A stretch of DNA of 61,100 nucleotides from an uncultured delta proteobacterium (GTDB taxonomy: Bacteria; Desulfobacterota; RBG-13-43-22). The notes under the pieces are model-generated. The model saw nothing but the letters and a program-made list of their open reading frames with translations. It did no database searches and was not told where the DNA came from. The position numbers and the translations under genes were made by a program. Numbering within the stretch: position 1 is the stretch's first letter; the number at the start of each line of letters is the position of its first letter. Location of the stretch: the NCBI GenBank assembly GCA_963802945.1, contig CAWDKY010000026.1:1-61100 (forward strand), read 5' to 3'. Shown piece after piece: positions 50,992 to 61,051 of the stretch.

Positions 50992-51753
50992 AAAATCCAA
51001 TTATTCTCCCCACATTCCAAATACGAAGACGTAGACCGGGATGCTAGTTACAAGTCTTAATTTCAGATCCGCTTTTGGGAGATCAAAAAAACGATAATAA
51101 AAGGTAATTTACCCTGCCGGGAGGCCCAAACTTAGGTCGAGATCCTTTTGGGGCCGGTTGACCACTGACAAAAAGGTTAAAGATAACGACACCAAAGTCT
51201 CTTGCTTAAACATTTTTTCAATCAGCCCGCTTTGTATGTTGCGGGAAATTGTTAATTCGTTTGTTGCCAAAGACATATGTTGAAGGATTCAAAAAGGAGA
51301 ACCCTGTGGGTTGGATGAAGGTATGTTTATCTTAGGATTGAACGGCTGTCAAACCCCAATGAGCGGACTTTGCAGTTAGACTTTTGGAAGCACCTGAAGA
51401 AGATAAAAGAGGCTTCCATCCTGAGCCGAAGAAGATTACCCCGGCTAACTGCTTAAAACTATATTCTATTAATGGATATTGAAAAACAATTGGGAATTTA
51501 GAAGGTTAGAAAAGAAAAACAAAAAAGGGCCCTTTTCTTCTCTTTAAACGATCTTCTGTTTTCTGTGTTTTCCTGTCTTTTTTAAAGGCCCCTTGAAGAT
51601 GGGTTTGAAAAATCAGTTATTGTCCCTGTCTCGGATTGACAATCCTTAAAACAGCCAAGGGTTTTGAATGGTCGAAGTTCCCTTTGAGGCATGGATGGGG
51701 AATAAAAGAAAGATCTGCAGAGAAAACCATCCCTATTTTAGTGCCTTGCCTGA

Positions 51754-53106
51754 TCAGAAATTTTTTTGAACCTGGTGAAGAATTCCTTCAATTAAATTTT
51801 GAATCTCTTGTAATCGTTCCGGGGACCGGGCTTCAAAGCGCAAGACCAGGACCGGCTGGGTATTGGAAGCCCTGATTAATCCCCATCCATCCTCAAATAT
51901 TACCCGGACCCCATCCACATCAATGATGGAAAATCTTCGGGCCAGTTCTTTTTTGACGGCTTCCACTAATTGGAATTTGGTTTCTTCCTTGGTTTCCACT
52001 CGAATTTCCGGGGTGGAATAGGTCTTGGGCAGACCGGATAACAACTCAGGAATTTTCTTGCCGGTTTTTGATAAAATTTCCAGGAGTCGCAGGGAGGCAT
52101 AGACCGCATCATCAAAACCAAAATAGCGATCGGCAAAAAACAAATGGCCGCTCATTTCTCCGGCCAGGACCGCCTGAACCTCTTTCATTTTCTGCTTGAT
52201 CAGGGAATGGCCGGTCTTCCACATGATGACCTTTCCTCCATGACGGGGAATGTCATCATATAAATTCTGGGAACATTTCACCTCACCGATAAAGGTGGCC
52301 CCTGGCCGCGTTTTCAAAATGTCCCGGGCAAAAAGGATCAACAACTCATCCCCCCAGATGATGTTCCCGTCATGATCGATCACTCCCAGCCGGTCTCCGT
52401 CCCCGTCATAGGCCAGTCCTACATCGAGATGCTCTCTTTTAACCAGGTCGATCAATTCCTTTAAATTTTTTGGTACGGTCGGGTCCGGTTGATGGTGGGG
52501 GAAAGACCCGTCTATTTCGCAATATAAATCAAAGACCTGGCAGCCCAGTTGGCGGATGATCGGCAGGGCCGCCCAACCTCCGGTGCCGTTTCCTCCGTCC
52601 AGGCCTACCCGCAGGGCATGAGGCAACTGAATATCTTTCAAGACAAATTCCCGGTAAGCCGGAAGGACATCTTCTTCCCGGACCGACCCGGTTCCGGTCA
52701 TGAACTTTCCTTCCTCGACGATCAGACGTAGGCGTTGGATCTCGGCCCCGAAGATGGTGTCCGGCCCGCTGCAGACCTTGAAGCCGTTGTATTCCGGAGG
52801 GTTGTGACTGGCCGTGATCATGATCCCGCCGTCGGTCTTCAAATGGCGGATGGAAAAGTAAAGCAAAGGAGACGGACAAACACCGATGTCGATAACCTGA
52901 CAGCCGGTGGACAATAAGCCCTTCAATAAGTGATCGCGAAAGGCCTTGGAACTAAGACGACCGTCCCGGCCTAAGGTGATTTGTTTTTTCCCGGCTTGTC
53001 CCAGGTAAGTGCCCATGGCCTTACCCATGGTCTCCACTTCTTCCAAGGTGATCTCTTTATCAACAATGGCCCGTATATCGTATTCCCGAAATATTTGTGG
53101 ATTCAT
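51754..53106 (-). CDS. algC: Phosphomannomutase/phosphoglucomutase
   Basis: IFREYDIR, ITASHNP, DGDGDR, GEMSGH, RASNTQP. Confidence 0.95.
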   Translation of the reverse strand: MNPQIFREYDIRAIVDKEITLEEVETMGKAMGTYLGQAGKKQITLGRDGRLSSKAFRDHLLKGLLSTGCQVIDIGVCPSPLLYFSIRHLKTDGGIMITASHNPPEYNGFKVCSGPDTIFGAEIQRLRLIVEEGKFMTGTGSVREEDVLPAYREFVLKDIQLPHALRVGLDGGNGTGGWAALPIIRQLGCQVFDLYCEIDGSFPHHQPDPTVPKNLKELIDLVKREHLDVGLAYDGDGDRLGVIDHDGNIIWGDELLILFARDILKTRPGATFIGEVKCSQNLYDDIPRHGGKVIMWKTGHSLIKQKMKEVQAVLAGEMSGHLFFADRYFGFDDAVYASLRLLEILSKTGKKIPELLSGLPKTYSTPEIRVETKEETKFQLVEAVKKELARRFSIIDVDGVRVIFEDGWGLIRASNTQPVLVLRFEARSPERLQEIQNLIEGILHQVQKNF

Positions 53107-53128
53107 TCATTCCCCCCTGATTGGTAAA

Positions 53129-54212
53129 TCATAACAGCTCACGTTTTCCCTGGGCCTCCAATAACTCCACTATTTTCTTGACCTCCTGGGCCCTATCTCG
53201 GGGACAAATCAAGAGGGCATCTGGGGTATCCACCACGATCAGATCTTTCATCCCAATCAATCCTACGGCCTTTTGAGGGCTATGAACCAGACAGCCTTGG
53301 CTATCCAGGACCATCACCGGACCGTACAAAAAGTTCCCCTGTTCATCCTTGGGTTGCAGTTGATAGACCGCCTCCCAACTGCCCACGTCATTCCAGCCGA
53401 AATCTCCGGCCAGCATAAGAACTTTGTCTGCCCTTTCCATAACGGCAAAGTCAATGGAGATATTCTCCATGGCCTCATAACCGGCCCTTAAGGCCTCTAT
53501 CCCATTGGGGGGTGCCCAGGAATTTTTTTAGTTTTGTCAATTCCTCATACATGTCCGGGGTCAATTTGGACATCTGGTTCAAGATAGCTGAAACCGTCCA
53601 GACAAACATCCCGCTGTTCCAAAAAAATCGTCCAGTCGAAAGCATAGCCTCGGCCTTGGCTCGGTCCGGTTTTTCATGAAAGGCCTTAACCTCCCAAACC
53701 CCATGACCATTGATCTCCGTAATCTTCTTTCCTTGTTCCAGGTAGCCGTATCCGGTTTCCGGAAAGGTCGGAAGGATACCGAGGGTAATCAGATAGTCTT
53801 CGGTTCGAGAAGTTTGGGCAGCGGCTAGTAAGGTCTCCTGAAAGGAAGGGACCTGGGAGATATGATGATCAGCCGGCAAGACAGCCATGATGGCTGATGG
53901 ATCGATTTGTTCCAGGATTATGGCTGCCAGGCCGATACAAGGGGCTGTATTTCTGCCCAAGGGCTCTACGATCAGCCGGGCTTTGGGTAAGTCTGGAAGC
54001 AATGCCTTGACGGCCTCGGCCTGGGAGACCTCAGTCACCACAAGGATATGCTCCCAATCGGTTATAGGAAGGAGGCGGTCAATGGTCTGTTCCAGGATGC
54101 TTTTAGAGCCGACAATGTCCAAGAGCTGTTTGGGCCGTTTGGTGCGGCTCCTTGGCCAGAAACGGGTGCCTCTGCCCCCGGCCATAACGACGAAGTATAA
54201 TGAGGTGTCCAT
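53129..54212 (-). CDS. manC: Mannose-1-phosphate guanylyltransferase, frameshift near 53485
   Basis: MAGGRGTRFWP..PKQ, EPLGRNTA, WNSGMF; ISIDFAVME, WNDVGSW in the second frame. Confidence 0.9.
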
Positions 54213-54230
54213 AGTTCTTTTACCCAATCA

Positions 54231-54470
54231 AAGGTCTACGGTTTAAGGTCCAAGGTGCACGGTCTAAAAATAAGTTACCAAGAATTTTTAATTTTATCCC
54301 TTATTCTTGAACCTAATGTTAGCTCAATATTCAATGTTCAACGTTCAAAGTTAAAAAATGGCTGTTAGTTGGATTCCTTTCGACGGTTTGAAGATTTTCA
54401 TGATCCTAAAGCTTGCATCTATAATCTAAACCATAAAACCTTGAACCTTGAACCCTGGACCTTGAACCTA
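54231..54470. repeat. Heptamer tandem repeat tracts in inverted arrangement
   Basis: AAGGTCT-ACGGTTT-AAGGTCC-AAGGTGC (54231-58); TTCAATG-type tract (about 54325-52); AACCTTG-type tract (54429-68). Confidence 0.7.
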
Positions 54471-54476
54471 TTCTCC

Positions 54477-55664
54477 TTATCCTCCACCCACTGCCATTCG
54501 GCCTTTACCTTCTTTCCAGAAAGGGGATATTTCCCGGAGCCGGCTGATGATCGGGGGAAGATGTTCCAGGACAAAATCGATCTCTTCCTCGGTATTATAG
54601 ATACTCAAGCTGAAGCGGATGGATCCGTGGGCAGCCGTAAAAGGCACACCCATGGCCCGGAGCACATGGGAAGGTTCCAGAGATCCGGAGGTGCAGGCCG
54701 AACCGGAAGAGGCGCAGATCCCCAGATTGCTGAGCAGCATGAGAATGGATTCACCTTCCACAAACTCGAAGCTGACGTTTAAGGTGTTGCTCAATCGTTC
54801 TTGCTGATGGCCGTTGATCATGACCTTGGGAATGGTTTTCAAAATACCTTGTTCCAGTTTATCCCTCAAGGCCTTAACCCGACTGTTTTCGTCCTTCAGA
54901 TTTTTTTGGGCCAGTTCGCAGGCCTTTCCCAGGCCGATGATATAGGGGACATTTTCAGTCCCTCCACGGCGGCCTCTTTCCTGATGACCTCCGATAATGA
55001 AAGGGGTAAAGCGGGTCCCTTTGCGGATATAGAGGACCCCAATGCCCTTGGGGGCATGAAGTTTATGGCCGGAAAAGGAAAGGAGGTCAATCGGAATTTG
55101 GGATAGATCGATGGGAAGTTTGCCCACGGCTTGGACGGCATCGGTATGAAAGACCACTCCCCGGCTTTTGACCAGCCGGGCAATCTCTTCAATCGGGAAA
55201 AGGACCCCGGTTTCATTATTGGCCCACATGATGCTGACCAGGGCCGTTTCCTCGGTGATGGCCGAGGTCACCTGATCCGGATCCAACCGGCCTTCCCGGT
55301 CCACCGGCAGGGTAGTCACTTTAAACCCTTTTTTGGATAGATAGGTGGCCAAATTGCCGACCGCCGGGTGTTCCACCCTTGTGGTAATGATATGGTTTTT
55401 TTGGGGATAGGAATTCAAGGTGCCCCAGATGGCCGCATTGTCGCTTTCGGTGCCGCAACTGGTGAAGACGATTTCAGTCGAATCGGCCTTAACCAGGGCC
55501 GCCACTTGTTCTCTGGCCTGCTGTACCGGTTTAGCCAACTGTCCTCCGAAAGAATGCATGCTGGACGGATTGCCGTAAAGGTCCGTAAAATAGGGGAGCA
55601 TGGCCTCGACCACCTCAGGGGCCGTCTGGGTAGTGGCGTTGTTGTCCAGATAGACGACCTTCAT
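54477..55664 (-). CDS. nifS: Cysteine desulfurase
   Basis: YLDNNATT, HTDAVQ, SGHKLH, SSGSACTS. Confidence 0.96.
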   Translation of the reverse strand: MKVVYLDNNATTQTAPEVVEAMLPYFTDLYGNPSSMHSFGGQLAKPVQQAREQVAALVKADSTEIVFTSCGTESDNAAIWGTLNSYPQKNHIITTRVEHPAVGNLATYLSKKGFKVTTLPVDREGRLDPDQVTSAITEETALVSIMWANNETGVLFPIEEIARLVKSRGVVFHTDAVQAVGKLPIDLSQIPIDLLSFSGHKLHAPKGIGVLYIRKGTRFTPFIIGGHQERGRRGGTENVPYIIGLGKACELAQKNLKDENSRVKALRDKLEQGILKTIPKVMINGHQQERLSNTLNVSFEFVEGESILMLLSNLGICASSGSACTSGSLEPSHVLRAMGVPFTAAHGSIRFSLSIYNTEEEIDFVLEHLPPIISRLREISPFWKEGKGRMAVGGG

Positions 55665-56509
55665 TGCTTTACCTCCTCAACAATGATTTCCGGAGAAACG
55701 AATTCTTGGAATTTAGTCTCCACATATTGTTTTAAGGTGACCTCTGCGGCTCGGCAGGAAGAACAAGATCCACGGAGGGCGACCAGGACCCTGTTGCCCT
55801 CTATGTCGATCAGATCGATATCGCCTCCATCGGCCTTCAGGGCCGGCCTGATCTCCCGTTCTAAGGTCTCTTCAATCAGTTTCATTTTTTGGATGTTGGT
55901 CAGAGGTGCGGGCTTCGATACAACCGGCATCTCGATCGGTTTTTTTTCTTCCTTGAGTATCCGGTTCAAGATGGCCTCAATCTTGTCATGACAGGATTCG
56001 CAGCCTCCTCCGGCCTTGGTATAATTGGTCACTTCTTCCCGGGTCTTGAGATTGTTCTGCCGGATGACCCGCTCGATCTCTTTGTCGGTCACGCCAAAAC
56101 ATTCGCAAATGATCTCCCCTTCTTCAACCTTGAGGATGGGTAGCCCGCGATAATTGGCAATGGCTGCGGCCAGGGCCTGTTCTCCCAGGACCGAACAATG
56201 CATCTTTTCCTTGGGCAATCCCCCTAGAAAGGCGGCAATATCTTTATTGGTGATTTTCTCCGCTTCCTCTAGAGTTCTGCCTTTAATTAATTCCGTAAGG
56301 GCGGATGAAGAGGCGATGGCGCTGGCACAGCCAAAAGTTTGGAACTTGGCCTCGTTGATCCGTTTATGTTCATCCAGTTTAAAGGAAAGTCGCAGGGCAT
56401 CCCCGCAGGCCAAAGAGCCGACTTCTCCCACCCCATCCGGATTTTCCACTTCACCGATATTTTGGGGATTTTCAAAATAGGCTTTAACCTTGTCCGTATA
56501 ATCCCACAT
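55661..56509 (-). CDS. nifU: Fe-S cluster scaffold NifU (three-domain)
   Basis: ACGD, FGCASA, KMHCS, CECFGV..GGCESC, DGGD..GSCSSC. Confidence 0.96.
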   Translation of the reverse strand: MWDYTDKVKAYFENPQNIGEVENPDGVGEVGSLACGDALRLSFKLDEHKRINEAKFQTFGCASAIASSSALTELIKGRTLEEAEKITNKDIAAFLGGLPKEKMHCSVLGEQALAAAIANYRGLPILKVEEGEIICECFGVTDKEIERVIRQNNLKTREEVTNYTKAGGGCESCHDKIEAILNRILKEEKKPIEMPVVSKPAPLTNIQKMKLIEETLEREIRPALKADGGDIDLIDIEGNRVLVALRGSCSSCRAAEVTLKQYVETKFQEFVSPEIIVEEVKQ

Positions 56510-56584
56510 GATAAACCTCACTGATCTGAAAAAAGTAAGTTAATATTTATGATGGACTAGAAAAAAACACCCTAAATCCAGATT

Positions 56585-56686
56585 CGTCATTCCGGTCCCG
56601 CATTAAGTGCGGGATAGACTCCTGCCGGAATCCAGTATTTTTGCTGGTTATAATCTCCTGGACCCCGGCTTTCGCCGGGGTGACGA
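56585..56686. repeat. REP-like inverted doublet
   Basis: GTCATTCCGG..CCGGAATCCAG and CTGGACCCCGGCTTTCGCCGGGGTGAC. Confidence 0.8.
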
Positions 56687-56774
56687 TTTTTTTATGAACT
56701 CATCATCTATGCCGTTTGTAATAATCCTTAGGTAATTTTTTTTCTCCGAACTCCGAACTCCAAACCAAATACTA

Positions 56775-57176
56775 TTAATGTTCTTCCTGTACCAATTCAA
56801 TCAATATCCCATTGGTCCCTTTGGGGTGCAGGAAGGCAACCCGGGTTTGATGGGCCCCCGGACGGGCCTGTTGATCGATCAAGGGGACCCCCTTGGTTTT
56901 CAGTTCTTCTATGGCCTGGTCGATATCTTCCACTTCTAGGGCGATATGATGTATCCCCTCTCCCTTTTTTTCAATAAATTTATTCATAACCCCATCGGGA
57001 TCGGTAGATTGGACCAATTCAAAACTGGTCTCCCCTACGGGCACAAAGGCAACTTTAAGTTCTCCCTGGCGTTCTTCATGGGATACCGGTAAAGCAAACA
57101 TTTCTTGAAATAAAGTTTTTGAGGTATCGGTATCTTTAACACCCACCCCGACATGGGCAATCCTTTTTATTTTCAT
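56775..57176 (-). CDS. mce: Methylmalonyl-CoA epimerase
   Basis: IAHVGVGV, FELVQ, KKGEGIHHIALEV, FLHPK..GILIELV. Confidence 0.9.
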   Translation of the reverse strand: MKIKRIAHVGVGVKDTDTSKTLFQEMFALPVSHEERQGELKVAFVPVGETSFELVQSTDPDGVMNKFIEKKGEGIHHIALEVEDIDQAIEELKTKGVPLIDQQARPGAHQTRVAFLHPKGTNGILIELVQEEH

Positions 57177-58073
57177 GAGATAAAACCTCCTGCTCTTTCT
57201 ATTATCTTATAGCCATTTTTACTTTTTATTTCAAGCCAAAAGCCGGAAATAAGTGAAAACCTGTTCTCTCCGGAAAATAGGAAAGAGATTGAAATATTTT
57301 CCCGGAAAAATAAGGTTGATTTTATCCTAAAAAAATAAATGATTCATTCGGACCTTTTGGGCCCTACGGGGGACAGAACAGTTAAACCAATCCAATGCCC
57401 CTTTGAACGATGGAGAAAAAAACTGGTTTTTTTTACCACTGTCCGGCGGATAAAGTTAGAGCTATAGCGGCAAATAAAAAGTATATCCTATATCATGTCA
57501 CTGGGGATTTTTTCTTGAAAGCATGTAAAAGACCCCGAAGAGCGGGTATTCATTCCTGAAGTTCTCAACCCTTCATTTTGAATAAAACGAAAGAGTTCAA
57601 ACAGAATCGTTGTCAATTTAGCAGGAGATTTAAACCATTGGCAAACCAACCCGAGATTCCCACCTAAACCAAAAGCTCTCGAACTTCAGTTAGACTTTTC
57701 GGATTTCCGGCTTCCTTTTTACGAGGATCAGGATTTCGGAAATTTCTCGAATCACTCGACCGTTTGAGATAATATCAGGGCCGAGATAAAAAAGTCTTTC
57801 CAAATTTCAGGGGATGATCTTTTCAAATACTCTTGATCGCACCTTACTTTGGGTAGTTTTGCCTCCTAAAGTCCCTTTCTCGGTTAAAAACACCCAGTCG
57901 CGTACCTTTTGTCATTTTTCTCCCTTGGCTCATTCTTTTTCTTATTTTATCCTCTACCCATCAAAAAAGAGTCTTATTATTTAAAATGATAACAATCTAA
58001 ATAATAATTATTGACAATATATTCAGATTGTGATATCATTACCGAAAATTGGCATTTTGAAGCATACCCATTA

Positions 58074-58475
58074 ATGAAATTGTCTCTGAAAAGTGAATAT
58101 GCCTTTCTTGCTCTTGTTGAGCTTTCGGCAAATTATGGGAAAGATCTGCTGAAGGTTGAAGATATTGCTTCAAAATATGAGATGCCTGCCAAATTTCTTG
58201 AGCAGATACTACTTCAACTCAAATGGGCTGGCATTGTAAAGAGTAAAAGAGGGTCAAATGGCGGTTATGCCCTATCCAAAGCCCCGGAACAGACAAAGCT
58301 TGCGGATGTGATACGCCTGCTTGATGGGCCGCTTGCCTCTGTAAGCTCAGTAAGTACCTATTTCTATGAACGCGGCCCAATCGAAAAGATTCCAAAACTG
58401 AAAGATCTGCTCCTGGATATCCGGAATTATACGTCATGGAGGCTTGAAAACTTCACATTAAAAGATTTGCTGTAA
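58074..58475 (+). CDS. Rrf2 family regulator (Cys-less, CymR-like)
   Basis: KSEYAFLALVEL, KFLEQIL, SKRGSNGGY; no Cys triad. Confidence 0.9.
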   Translation: MKLSLKSEYAFLALVELSANYGKDLLKVEDIASKYEMPAKFLEQILLQLKWAGIVKSKRGSNGGYALSKAPEQTKLADVIRLLDGPLASVSSVSTYFYERGPIEKIPKLKDLLLDIRNYTSWRLENFTLKDLL

Positions 58476-58540
58476 TAAAAAATTTTAGAAGAATTTATGA
58501 TAAATATTATAGACAATATCATAATATAAGGAAGGTTTAT

Positions 58541-59347
58541 ATGAATATAGACAACCTCAAAATTATCGGTGGGTTCGATAAATCGGGGGCCAGAGAATCG
58601 GTTGAAGAAGTGGTCTTTCGGATGGGAGATATCGCGAGTATCGTAGGACCGACCGGCTGCGGTAAGACGACCCTCATTAACGATATTGAGCTTTTTGCCA
58701 ATGGGGATACCCCTTCGGGGCGAAAGCTGTTGATTAATGATCTACCGGTGAGTTCCGACGAGGCCATTTCGGAAAAGCATGAGCATCCTATCGCTTTAAT
58801 TTCCCAGCATACTAATTTTTTGTCGGATTTGCCCGTGCAGCATTTCCTCGAGATTCACGCCGGGGTGCGTCAACATCAAAGCATCGCGAGCGTTGTCTAC
58901 GAAACGCTGGAGTTTGCCAATAAGCTCACAGGTGAACCTCTTATCAAGGAAAGTCCCATGACTGAACTTTCCGGCGGCCAGACCCGGGCACTTCTGATTG
59001 CAGACGCTGTAATCATCGGGAATGCCCCCATCATCCTCTTGGATGAGATCGAAAACGCCGGCATTCATCGGACAAGGGCGCTTGAACTTCTCAAAAAGTA
59101 CGAAAAGATTTTTATCTTTGTGACCCACGACCCCCGCATTGCTTTGCTCTCCGATTTTCGTATTGTCATGGAGAACGGCGCCATGACAAAGATCATTATC
59201 GGCGATGGGGATGAAAAGGTTGTGGCCAAGGAGATCAGTAAACTGGACGATATCCTCCTCCATTTCCGCATGCGGATCAGGAGAGGAGAACAGCTTACCT
59301 CGAACGAATTGGAAAGCCACTTAAAAAACCTTGGCTACCTGACCTAA
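58541..59347 (+). CDS. Soluble ABC-type ATPase
   Basis: GPTGCGKT, LSGGQ, ILLDEIENAG, VTHD. Confidence 0.9.
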   Translation: MNIDNLKIIGGFDKSGARESVEEVVFRMGDIASIVGPTGCGKTTLINDIELFANGDTPSGRKLLINDLPVSSDEAISEKHEHPIALISQHTNFLSDLPVQHFLEIHAGVRQHQSIASVVYETLEFANKLTGEPLIKESPMTELSGGQTRALLIADAVIIGNAPIILLDEIENAGIHRTRALELLKKYEKIFIFVTHDPRIALLSDFRIVMENGAMTKIIIGDGDEKVVAKEISKLDDILLHFRMRIRRGEQLTSNELESHLKNLGYLT

Positions 59348-59370
59348 GTGATGAGCAGATTATTGAAAAA

Positions 59371-59543
59371 CTGAAAAATGTCGCTCTGAGAGCGAATTGA
59401 GATTTTTCGATAACAATTCTTGGTGAAGCGAAACGGCCGTAAATGTAATATTTGAGCCTGAAAGGCGAGTTTTACATTTACAAGGAAGCGTGCCTTAGAA
59501 TTGCCGAAAAAATCTTTTGAGCCATGAAGAGTGACTTTTTCAG
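59371..59543. repeat. Long nested inverted repeat (MITE-like or structured RNA)
   Basis: CTGAAAAATGTCGCTCT/AGAGTGACTTTTTCAG; GATTTTTCG/CGAAAAAATC; AATTCT/AGAATT; GTAAATGTAA/TTACATTTAC. Confidence 0.75.
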
Positions 59544-59565
59544 CATCGTATAAGAGGAGGAAAGG

Positions 59566-60267
59566 ATGAAATTAGTCATCTGCGCCGGCCCGTCTACGAC
59601 CGGAAAAACAAGCGTATTGCGTCATGTGATTCGCCGCCTGCAAAAAAGGGGGGCAAGGCCGTCCTATTTGAAGATTGATGTGCTCTATGCCGAGGAACAG
59701 TCCATCATGGAGCGGGAATTTTCTATTCCAGCAAAAACGGTTTATTCCGGTGAGTTATGCCCGGACCATTGTAACGTCATGGTATTGGGAGAGGCATTGG
59801 AGTGGGCAGAAAATCAAAAAAGTGACTTGCTGATTGTGGAAACCGCCGGACTTTGTCTTCGATGCTCACCCTATGTTGAAGGGTCTTTGGGAATGGTGGT
59901 GCTCGAAGCCACCAGCGGTATGAACCTTCCCCGGAAAATAGGTCCCATGTTGACCTTAGCCGACATGGCCGTCGTCACCAAAATCGATCTTGTCTCCCAA
60001 GCCGAGAGGGAAGTGTTTCGCGCCAGGATCAAGCAAAGTGCAAGCGGTATCCGAATCGTCGAAACTAACGCTCTTTATGGGATCGGCATCGACCCTCTCA
60101 TCAAAACGATTTCGGAAGCCAACGAAATTGTGTTTCCTCTGTTTTTAAGAGGCAATCCGCCTGTAGGAACCTGTACGATATGCGTAGGGAAAAAGGAGGT
60201 CGGCTGGAAGCAGCACTTTGGGGTCGTTCGTCCCCTGGAAGGTGAAATTTTTTATCGCGGAGAATAG
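59566..60267 (+). CDS. HypB/UreG-like (G3E) GTP-binding protein
   Basis: GPSTTGKT, LCPDH, ETAGLCLRC, TKID. Confidence 0.88.
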   Translation: MKLVICAGPSTTGKTSVLRHVIRRLQKRGARPSYLKIDVLYAEEQSIMEREFSIPAKTVYSGELCPDHCNVMVLGEALEWAENQKSDLLIVETAGLCLRCSPYVEGSLGMVVLEATSGMNLPRKIGPMLTLADMAVVTKIDLVSQAEREVFRARIKQSASGIRIVETNALYGIGIDPLIKTISEANEIVFPLFLRGNPPVGTCTICVGKKEVGWKQHFGVVRPLEGEIFYRGE

Positions 60268-60346
60268 ATGATATTTCTTCCCCAAATATTCATGACCATT
60301 TTTAAGTTTGTCTCGACAACTTCTGTTTAAGAAAGGAGCCGCTATT

Positions 60347-61051
60347 ATGAATAATCATTCCGAATCAAAAGAGAACATCCTTCAGCGATTGCCCGGACTT
60401 GACTGCGGGCTGTGCGGATCCAGAACATGCGTCAATTTCGCCGAGATCCTGCAGGAAAAGCCGAATGAATTGGCAAAGTGCATTCATCTGGGTAAAGAGA
60501 CCGTTAAGTCCATGATAGAAAAACCCATGGAAGCAGGATTCTCGTGCCAGACCTGCAAGGAAGGTATGATGGATATTCCTTTGACATGGAAAGACTCTCT
60601 TGGGCGGGATTATGATTTTATTCTCGATTCGCTGCCGGGAGACCCGGGTCCCCGTGAGATCATCATCCCGCACAATCCTTCTCGCACCAAAGACCTGGAT
60701 ATTCAGAAAGGAGATACCTTGATCGGGAGGCCCATGGGGATGTCCTGTGGTTGCCCGATTACTCACTGCGGAGTTGCCAAAGAGGTCGATCCTGTAAACG
60801 GCGTCATCACCTGGTGCGTCACAGGCCCCCTCAATCCTCGGACAAAAGGGTTTAAGGATGTGGGTTATTATTCGGCCGAGGCTTACGAAGGAGTGGTTAC
60901 CGCCTCCCAATCTGAATTGAAGATCGGCATACGATACTTTTTCATGCCTCATCGTTGCATGTTACAATGGCGTCATTCGGGCCTTGTAAATTTCATTAAT
61001 AAATTCAATGACCATTTATTTATCAGACTCGAAGGCCTGTTCATTGGTTAA
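60347..61051 (+). CDS. (Fe-S)-binding protein
   Basis: LPGLDCGLCGSRTC..C; GRP.G..CGCPITH; CMLQWRHSG. Confidence 0.85.
   Translation: MNNHSESKENILQRLPGLDCGLCGSRTCVNFAEILQEKPNELAKCIHLGKETVKSMIEKPMEAGFSCQTCKEGMMDIPLTWKDSLGRDYDFILDSLPGDPGPREIIIPHNPSRTKDLDIQKGDTLIGRPMGMSCGCPITHCGVAKEVDPVNGVITWCVTGPLNPRTKGFKDVGYYSAEAYEGVVTASQSELKIGIRYFFMPHRCMLQWRHSGLVNFINKFNDHLFIRLEGLFIG

Noticed and set aside
51278-51456. Possible UGA read-through small ORF containing QLDF; CAGTTAGACTTTT recurs near 57687
   Set aside because: No SECIS, no family match; a 13 bp match alone is weak evidence.
50992-51750. Replication origin upstream of dnaA
   Set aside because: No consensus DnaA-box cluster and no dnaN; the DnaA is atypical.
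57200-58000. Hidden gene or ncRNA in the 800 bp mce-Rrf2 gap
   Set aside because: No ORF of 60 aa or more and no recognisable RNA motif; an Rfam search would be needed.
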